NCBI GenBank assembly: GCA_026023565.1
Contig: JAPETS010000024.1
Span: forward strand, 496,001-537,849
Length of the DNA: 41,849 bases
Direction: 5' to 3'
From: Cirrosporium novae-zelandiae
Taxonomy: Eukaryota
In this document: piece by piece, positions 33,395-41,849 of the stretch
Layout: every line of letters begins with the position of its first letter
Numbering within the stretch: the stretch's first letter is position 1
Translations under genes and position numbers: made by a program
The notes under the pieces: model-generated
The model's database searches: none
What the model saw: only the letters and a program-made list of their open reading frames with translations
What the model was told of the DNA's origin: nothing

Positions 33395-34595
33395 ATGTCC
33401 CCCTCTCCCACCCACCGCATCGCCCTAATCCAACTCCACCCCAAGGTATCCCTCTCCCCCTTCCCCTCTAATCCCCCCAATCCACCCCTTTCAATCTAAC
33501 CTCCTAATCAGCCCCTCTCCCCCTACACAAACTTCAACACCGCCAGCGCCAAAATTCGCTCCGCAGCCCAACAATCCGCAGCCCTAGCCGTCCTCCCCGA
33601 ATACCACTTGACATCGTGGATGCCCATAGCAGCAGAATTCCGCGCGCAGTGTGCGCTTACGCCGAGGTTTTTAAAAGGGTATTGTGAGTTGGCGAGGGAG
33701 TGTGAGATTTGTATCGTGCCAGGAACGATGATAGAGGTTAAGGTTAAAGAGGGGGAAGGGGAGAAAGGGAGATTAGTAAATGTAGCTTATTTTATTGGGA
33801 ATGATGGGAGGGTTTTGGGGAGGTATGTTAAGGTTAATTTGTGGTATGTATGTGTATACAGTAAATGCAGTAGGAATTTATTTCCTCCCTTCCTTCCTTC
33901 CCCTCCTCCTCCTCCCTCCATAGCTAACCAACCAAACCCAAAAACCAAGGCACTCCGAATGCCCTCACCTAAGCCCCCCACCACTCTCCCCCCTCTCCCA
34001 TCACCCGCACACCCCCATCCTCACTTCCCTCGGCCCAATCGGTCTTCTAATATGCTGGGACCTCGCCTTCCCCGAAGCCTGCCGGGAGCTAATATCACAG
34101 GGCGCACGGATAATAATCGCACCCACGTTCTGGATGTCGGGAGACTGCTCCGAAGCGGGGCTGAGGCGGAACCGGGATGCTGAGAAATTGTTTTTGGAGA
34201 GCTTGATTGTTGCGAGGGCTTTTGAGGGGACTTGTGGTTAGTAATGTAATGAATGGATTTTATTTAGGTGTTGTTTTTTTGGGCTTTTGTGTGTTTTTAG
34301 GGGAGGACGAGGGGGGGTTATATCTTTACCTGTTCTAACTACTATACCCCATTTTTTTTGAACAGCACTCGTTTTCGTTAATGCGGCTGGCCCCGCGGAA
34401 AAAGGCTACCTGGGCCTTTCGCAGGTCGCTGTCCCCTTCATCGGTGCGCTACCCGGGAAACTATCCACTAGCGACGAGGGAATGAGTATCGTGGATCTGG
34501 ACATGAATATTCTAGATGAAGCTGAGGAAAACTACAAGATTCGTGAAGATCTGGCCAGGGAGGATTGGCACTACGTTTATAGGCATAAGCTATAA
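33395..34595 (+). CDS. Carbon-nitrogen hydrolase (nitrilase superfamily)
   Basis: Exons 33395-33445, 33512-33843, 33950-34236, 34366-34595. IALIQ plus an intact Glu-Lys-Cys triad: LAVLPEY, YVKVNLW, GLLICWDLAFPE. Confidence 0.92.
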
Positions 34596-34976
34596 AGATG
34601 GGATGAGATATGCTTTCTATATGGGAATGTGGGACCGATTTGGGTTTGGGGATACTTGATTATATTGGATTGGGGCGAGACTATTATTCCTCCCTGGCTA
34701 AGGCCACGCATGCCATGTTTGAACGGTCCAAGCACGAAGAAGTAGCGAGAAGTGGGTATCTGATATTGCTGATGAAAAGCACATCGATGAAATATCCGTC
34801 TTGTCGCCAACGCCTAAACGCCCCTTAACTATTTGTTTTCACTTGCGCCTCGAGAAAACCCTCATTAGAAAGTAAGATCCGAAGGGAGAGTGTGTTAGCC
34901 GGATAGGAATACCATAGGCTTTTGAGTCTGGAAGTGTAGACGTTCCAGTCATGGGACTGGATGTTTGGGTAGTAGC

Positions 34977-36636
34977 CTAGGCGGCGATACTCGTATCGGC
35001 CCAGCTTACGGGGTGATCCATTGATGCATATTCGGTCATAGAATCCTCGTCATCATCGTCGGATCCATCTTCAGTACCATCCATGTTGAGCATCTGAAAT
35101 CGATTGACCATAATATCCACCTTCTTGACCGGTGCTTGAGAGTAATTTTCCTTCCTTAGCATATGTTGAATTTTGGGCAGTGGTTGGCCACACTCATCAG
35201 GATACCACTCAATCTTCATGCCTTTGTAGTTTTGACGTGACATCATGCAAGTACGAGCGAAAAGGGCATTGTGTACCGAATTCAAGGAGATGTACGCATT
35301 GTTGTGCTCAAACTTAACGTTAATGACTACTAGGTTGTGAATATGATCTAGGTGATCGCGAATGAGGTCGGGTGAGATATTAGGGTTGATATTTCGAAGT
35401 ACTAGGTTTCGGGTGGCACCGATGCTGATTTTATTGGCAACATGGGCGGGAAGAATGAATTGTCGGTCATTCCAATTTATTTCGACCTATTCAATGTCAG
35501 ATACAATGCTTTCCAATGATTGTTCGGCCAACGCACCCGCTTATTTTTAATGTAAATATCGTGCCTCCTAGCGTACGCAAAGAATTCTTGTGCCTTGGCG
35601 CCTTCCACAAATGAAATCATGGCTGCTCGTTCAAATCCTCTGAGATAGATATCCAGTAGTATTCCACCTCGAACAACATCAATAATATCCTTGTGGGTAA
35701 CATTCTCCGAAAGCCCTGTAAGCTTGAGGGTTCGTTGTTCATTTCTACCGTACTGATGCCTCTCCTGACAAGGTGTCCCGGTCGGATCGTAGAATTGATC
35801 AATTTTATCTTGGTTGGAAAGAGATGACGACTCTTCTTGGCTAAAGGACGGATGTCGACTGTTGGAACTGTGGTACGAAGGAGGGTGTAGATTTTGAATT
35901 CGCCATCCTTGGCCAACATTGTTCACGTGTTTCGACGCATAAGGGTTGGATGTTGGAACATTAGAGGCGGGAGGATGAGCAAATATGGCTTCTGCATGAG
36001 CAGTGCCGTTTGGATTGATATTGTGCGCATTGTGCGAGTGTTCATTTTCAGGATTGGAGCCGTTGATCAAGACCTGTGAAATATAAATTGGTGATTCGTC
36101 ATCTAGAGGGACGAGGGAAATTACATCGAGAGTCTCAGATGCTATCCCACCACGATAGAGTGCTTCACGAAGAGTCGCTAGATGCGCATCTCAGCCAATG
36201 GCTCGATAGCATGGTTCTAACAAACAAAGGTATCGAATTTATTGGGTTACGCTTCGGGTTGTTGTTCCAGGTGCAACCTACAGTACTCTTTGGCCATACG
36301 TAACTGTGGTACAATGAGTGGGACATAGATTCACAAGAATCTTGGAACTGGGACCAAGCTTACTAGGGAATCATGTTCATCCCTAAGGACGGTCACAGTC
36401 TCCAATTTCGGGGAATTATTGATCTGATCCGGGGAAGCATGCTTGTAGAGGTCAGCATTGAGTCAGCATAGGACCCGTAATTGAAGGTCTAGAGCTTAAG
36501 AGTTCTGACAAACTCGGCACTGTTAGATATCGTCAGTGGGGGTTGAAAGACAAGGAACAGAAATGATTTGGGATAAATCTCACCGACGAAGTAAAGTTTC
36601 AAAATAAACCTTGTCTATTGTGACGGTGGAGGTCAT
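34977..36636 (-). CDS. RRM-domain RNA-binding protein (Nrd1/negative regulator of differentiation-like C-terminal RRMs)
   Basis: Seven exons: 36636-36584, 36519-36510, 36441-36364, 36303-36282, 36177-36125, 36073-35537, 35486-34977. N-terminus MTSTVTIDKVYFETLLRRAEF; RRMs RTLKLTGL..VRGGILLDI..AMISF and GATRNLVL..HLDHIHNL..SVHNALFARTCMMSR..YPDEC. Confidence 0.85.
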
Positions 36637-38950
36637 GATGAAAAGTTTCGGGCTACAGACCAGCTGAGGCTCGATTGTTTTGAAGTGAATATGACGATCA
36701 GAAATTATAGGAACACGGGGGTGGGTTAGGTTGAGTAAGGCAGGTCATGAACTCATGGACACATGGAGTAACAAGACCAGGCGCTTGGGCAGGGAAAAGC
36801 TTGGTGGGTGTTGGTGGGTGTCGGTGGATGTTTAAGCGGGTTGAGTAGATGTAAGTAACCTGATTGGGCCCCAAGCGTGCCCAGCATCCCCAGTTTGTGT
36901 TTAGCAGCGTCTGAGAGGGCTCTCCAGCCCCCATGGTTAATCCCCACACTTGGCAACAGTCTATTTGAACATTTACCTCCGTACAGTCACACAAACCGAC
37001 GGCTCGAATCGGCTTCATAGTTACATTATACATTAGAATATATCATCCAAACACCGAATAAGTCCTCTTGATCTAAGATAGTTGGAAGATTATTTACAAC
37101 CTACTCCGATAAACTTCATCAACCACCACCGAACAACTCCCTAGTTGCTCTTAGGCTTTAGAAGATCTCCAGCATATTCCCCTTGATGTGAATGTGTCTC
37201 CTTGAATCCTACCAAATCTAAAGATATCTCCTCATCCAACAAACAAACCTCTCTTCAGCTAATAAGATTCCGGTGATTCCTTCAACCTGCGTATTGCCGA
37301 TATAGCCGTTTTTAAAGTCTGAAAAAAGATAATGTACGACAATAAAGAGTGATGATAGTGTTGACATGTCAAAAGTTTGCATTGCAGATTTGTCCAAAAA
37401 GTATACAAGGGTAATTACATGGCGTAGCGAGACGTTGGACGGTTAAATGATGGGTATAATTATATCAAATCATTTATGAGGCAGTGAATTCAACCTTAGA
37501 CAAGGATAGAGAAGGTGAGATGGAAGGAATTGGGGCTTAACAAAATTAAGTCTAAAATATTAATCATCGGCTTTAACTTGTCATGGGTAAAGCGTAGTAA
37601 ATCAGTGGTTTCGAGAATGACGGGCGAAGGTTTATTGTCCCTGCAGAAGGAGCTCTTACCCAGTTAAAGTTGATGGAATCAAAGCGAGTCATAATATTAA
37701 TAGCGACATCAGAGTTACAACTGGCAGATGTTTGACAGTTAAAATGTCCAGCTTCAAAGTTTCAGAAATGTACAAAAGACAGACGCACTAAAGTCACGTC
37801 ATATAGAACAAGGCATGTCAGTCATAGCGGGCGTTGAGGACGGTTACCGAGACTTGAGAACCGAGAAGGAAGGAAAGGAAAAGAAGGGAAGGGAAAGAAA
37901 AGAAAAGTGAGGTTGTACATGTACAATACAGTACCACCTAACACAGAGAGTACTCGAGTGCTTAGTACTGTACAGTCTGTACCATCGGGATTATTTCGAT
38001 ATCCGAATAATTCCCTGCTCCATTCCTTATAGTTAAAAGCTTTAAATCTAGGGATTAACCTTACTATCAAACTAAAGACTTTAGTTGCTAGGAATAGCTA
38101 GCCGAGCTTGATGATTAAACTTCTTTGTTGCTTTCGGCCACCGATTTCTTCTTTCGACTTCACCAATCTCTGTACCGTCCTATGTCACCCACAAACCACC
38201 TGGATTTCACAGCCACAATTCTTGGATTCTCCAAGGAAATGCCCAGAGAGAAAATATCCTATCCGTCCTATCTCAGGCCGTTGAACGCGTGTAATTGCAT
38301 TGCCGATCCAACAAAACCCAATACTCAATACTCTGAGAGTTTCAACTTTGCTGATAGTTGTCCATGCTGACATTGAGATGACCAAAAAAAAATATCTGGC
38401 TTTTTACTGGTCTTTTAACCCTTCATATTATCTCCTATCCAATCATTTTTATCTTATTTTACTTTTGAAACTTTCACCAAAGCCTCTGACCTAACTTGAG
38501 CTGAACAAACAAACAAAGAAAACTTGGCTTCGATACATGACGCCCACTTCAGCCATGGACATTTCTAAGCAGCCAAGCCTGAAACTCTTTACTCTTCTCT
38601 TGTTATGGTCCTTGAGCATTGTCCAACTCGTGTTCCCCATCTGCTTGGAATTCCATCGCCTCCTTGGAACATATCTCTTTACCTGTATCTATCTCAATAC
38701 GGAAGATAGCCCATCATTCCAGACCTGTGATACCTCAATTTGGTACTATTATTTCTTAGGAGCAGCTACCCTGCACTCGCTCTGCACTCGCTCTGTATTT
38801 AATCTGCCTCCACTGTATCTAGCCTATGGTGGTGGGGTTCGATTGCGCGTCTCCAAGCCCAGCCAAGAAATAAAGCTTCCTTCTTTCTAATTCCATATAT
38901 ATATATTCCTATACAGAGTTCACCTCTCGGAGTATTCATCCAATTTTTTT

Positions 38951-38971
38951 ATCATCATCATCATCATCATC
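38951..38971. repeat. (ATC)7 microsatellite immediately 5' of a start codon
   Basis: Read directly; ends 4 bp before ATG 38976. Confidence 0.9.
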
Positions 38972-38975
38972 GATC

Positions 38976-40539
38976 ATGAGGTTATTTCAGCCATTGGCGG
39001 CCTTGGGGCTTGGTGGGTTTTCAATATCCACCCCAATTTTATTATAACAGTTTCTAACATGATCTTGCAACTATATAGCATCCATCTCTGTTGCTCAACT
39101 CGTCACCTCAAACCCCACAGACCAGGATGATATTTCCTACAGTGTCAATGTGCCATCAGATTCTGCGTCGAGTGGTAGCGGCGACATCTACTTCCAGATC
39201 AAAGCATCTACGTCCTTTCAATGGGTGGCTTTAGGGCAAGGCTCGCAGATGGCCAACTCCAACATATTTGTCATTTATTCCTCATCAGACGGTAAAAATG
39301 TGACCCTCAGCCCTCGACTGGGCACGGGACACGAAATGCCGCAATATGATAGCTCTGCGCAGGTGTCCCTACTTGATGGAAGTGGTATCAGCGGGGGTAT
39401 CATGACCGCAAATGTTCGATGTATGCTATTCTATGCTCATCCCTTGATTCACCCCATTTTGCTAATAGTTGTTTCTAGGTGGAAGCTGCAGTTCCTGGTC
39501 GGGGGGTAGTATGTCTCTCACGGATAGTTCTAGCTCGTGGATCTGGGCTTATAAGTCCGGATCTGCGTTGGACAGTGACTCTTCCTCGGAAAGTATCTCG
39601 CTACACTCCTCTGCGTCGGCTTTCTCCCTGGACCTCACTCAAGGAACTGGTGGTTCGTCCACAAACCCCTTTACAACCTCCAGTTCCACATCCTCCAGCT
39701 CAGGAAGTGCTTCTTCGTCAAGTTCCTCTTCATACTTCGGCGGCAGCGGTGGCAACTCCAACCCAGGAAGCACATTCCCAGCTAGCGAATCCTCATTCGG
39801 CTCCTTTTTCTCCAAACGCACCGCTGTCCTAACTGCTCACGCAGTCGTAATGTGTCTCGCCTTTGTTCTCTTCTTCCCCCTCGGCGGCATGCTCATCCGC
39901 GTATTCTCCTTCCCTGGCCTAATTTGGGTGCACGCCTTTACGCAAGTCTTCGCCTGGTGCCTCTCCATCGCAGGTATGGGCTTGGGAATCTACCTCGCGA
40001 AAAATGAACGCCAGCTTACACACCACCACGCCATAATCGGTCTTGTCGTCGTCTCCGTCCTCTCCCTCCAACCTCTCCTCGGGCTCGTTCACCACGAAAT
40101 CTATAAGCGCACCGGAACTCGCACCCTCTACGCCCGCATCCATGTCTGGCTCGGCCGTTCCCTTATCCTTCTCGGCATCATCAACGGCGGTCTAGGTCTC
40201 CAGCTCAGCTCCAACAGCCGCAAGGGCGAAATCGCCTATGGCGTTCTTGCTGCTATTATCGGTATTACTTACATCATTGTTGTGACTTGCATGTCAGCGA
40301 AGCGACGAAGTGCTGCAGCCACTAAGGCGGGAAGTCCCGGTGGTACGGTGTTAGAGAAAACTAGACGCCGCGGCTCCCATAGAAATGGATCGAGAAGGGG
40401 TAGCTATACGGAGAGGGAGTATCGACGCGAAAGGGGCAGTGATAGGGGCCTTAGGGAATATTATGGGGAGAGGAGTAGTAGGAGTATTAGTGCAAGTAGG
40501 AGTAGTGGGAGGAGGGGGTCGGGACATGTTAGTGTTTAA
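38976..40539 (+). CDS. DOMON/cellobiose-dehydrogenase-cytochrome domain plus cytochrome b561 membrane protein (putative ferric reductase)
   Basis: Exons 38976-39012, 39079-39420, 39479-40539. Signal peptide, WVALGQGSQM, SPRLGTGHEMP (heme Met), ANVRCGSC, SLH (heme His), Ser-rich linker, then TM helices with four His (AHAVVM, WVHAFTQ, HHAIIG, IHVWLGR). Confidence 0.9.
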
Positions 40540-40989
40540 ATCTGAACATGGGATGGGACGAGATGTTAGGTTGGAAGTTTTCCGATCTGAAATAAGATAA
40601 AAAGAAAGAAAAAGACGAAAAAAAATTTGTTTGGACTAGAATAGGATGAGCCTTTGGATAGGGGAGTTTGAATAACCCCCCCAACGACCAAGATACTAAT
40701 TTATGAACGAAAAGGTACGATTTAGTCATATACCTACTATCTATCTACTACTATTTAGTTCCTTTTTTTCTAGTTAGACAAATCTCACAAGACACAATGA
40801 TAAAATTTTTTTTCCACTCAAAACAAATGGGCACGAACCCGGGAGACCGGAGTTTTTTTTTTGTTCAATACCTAGGTGTTTAAACTCAAACCTAGCTAAT
40901 CTTATATCAAGTAAGCAAGTACCTTTTAACTTTGCTAATTATATACTTACCTACAGAAGAACACAAATATCAGTGTGACCAATCACTAG

Positions 40990-41056
40990 CGCTCTTAGGA
41001 ATCGAACCCAACCTGGTATTTGTAGCGTCCGACACCTACCACACACGTGCCGCACC
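40990..41056 (-). other. Degenerate tRNA-like sequence (tRNA pseudogene or SINE head)
   Basis: Minus strand shows a T-arm TTGGG-TTCGATT-CCTAA (B box) and an upstream GTGGTAGG. Acceptor and anticodon stems do not pair convincingly. Confidence 0.3.
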
Positions 41057-41849
41057 ACTCGAGTACTCTATATATATTTTGATCAGTCATCATCATCATT
41101 AAGATTTAGGTTTTAAGTTTCTTTCTCCTTAGTTAGATTTGTATTTGCGATTTATTAGGTCTAATTAACTTAAATTTTAAACTTACAAGTCTATACATTT
41201 GAATGTATGTATGGAGGTATATACCTTAGGTATGTATGTCACAAGGTGTACATGTACAATATTATACTTACTCTACTCGAGTATATAAATTTCTTAAGGC
41301 AGAATCTCGAGATTAGTTATATAACTACCTATTTACCTAGGTAGGTATCTAATTAATTAACTTAATGAATTAATACCGGTCGTGTGTGTCTTTGATATAG
41401 TATCTACCTGACCTACATACCTACTTAGCTGAAGATGCGATATAAAAAAAATATAAAAAGTAAAATTAAAATACAGAAATATACTACGGTACGTACGTAC
41501 GTACTTATAACCAAATACACCTTCCCTTCCTCCCCTTCCCTTATATCTATACCTAAGTCAGTACTTAGACATACACATACCTAGGGACCTAGAACAATTA
41601 TTCCCTACCTCCCTTCAGGTATATCTAATATATCTAACATATCCTAACCCAAGGATAAAAGCGAAGAAATAGAGATATCCGTATAGAAGAGGGTATAAGT
41701 ATATATATTTTGTGGTAGTTATTTTATGTACGTATTTGTAATGGAAAGGGAGAATGGATAGGAAAGAGAAAAGGAAACTTGTTTAGTTATATTTTTTTTG
41801 GGGGGGGGGGGGGGGGGTGGGGGGGGGTTTTTTTTTGGACTCTGTGGTG

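Noticed and set aside
9886..34595. FDB-type detoxification cluster comprising the MBL, NAT and hydrolase
   Set aside because: The MBL gene is more than 20 kb from the NAT, separated by housekeeping genes, and its metal site is degenerate.
36698..38890. Short ORFs in the long RRM/DOMON intergenic region
   Set aside because: No motifs or consistent splice structure; probably promoter/UTR DNA.
1..41849. CRISPR arrays, rRNA, prokaryotic operons
   Set aside because: Intron-containing fungal DNA; no spaced repeat arrays or rRNA-like sequence seen.

Overview
Eukaryotic DNA from a filamentous ascomycete (Pezizomycotina-type: short GT-AG introns with CTRAY branch sites). About 17 protein-coding loci could be reconstructed by hand. 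Housekeeping genes: MTR10, SmE, FAU1, ROT1, Med27-like, eIF3L, an RRM protein and the 3' end of a probable SET3-like gene. Enzymes: a metallo-beta-lactamase-fold protein with a degenerate metal motif, an intronless GH78 alpha-L-rhamnosidase, an arylamine N-acetyltransferase with a Cys-His-Glu triad, a nitrilase-family hydrolase and a DOMON/cytochrome b561 protein. A 10-kb block carries four ubiquitin-system genes: UFD1/AZUL, F-box-like and two RBR E3 ligases. The standout is a locus at 16.8-18.0 kb where two retrotransposon-type chromodomains sit in frame with a RING1-IBR-RING2 (RBR) ligase, separated only by one in-frame TGA. This is a candidate chromatin-reading ubiquitin ligase, possibly pseudogenised. 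Non-coding features include a Harbinger/Tourist-like MITE with a TAA target duplication, two copies of a hairpin-containing MITE-like repeat flanking eIF3L, and an AT/TpA-rich end. All calls come from manual reading and family-motif recall; no database searches were run.
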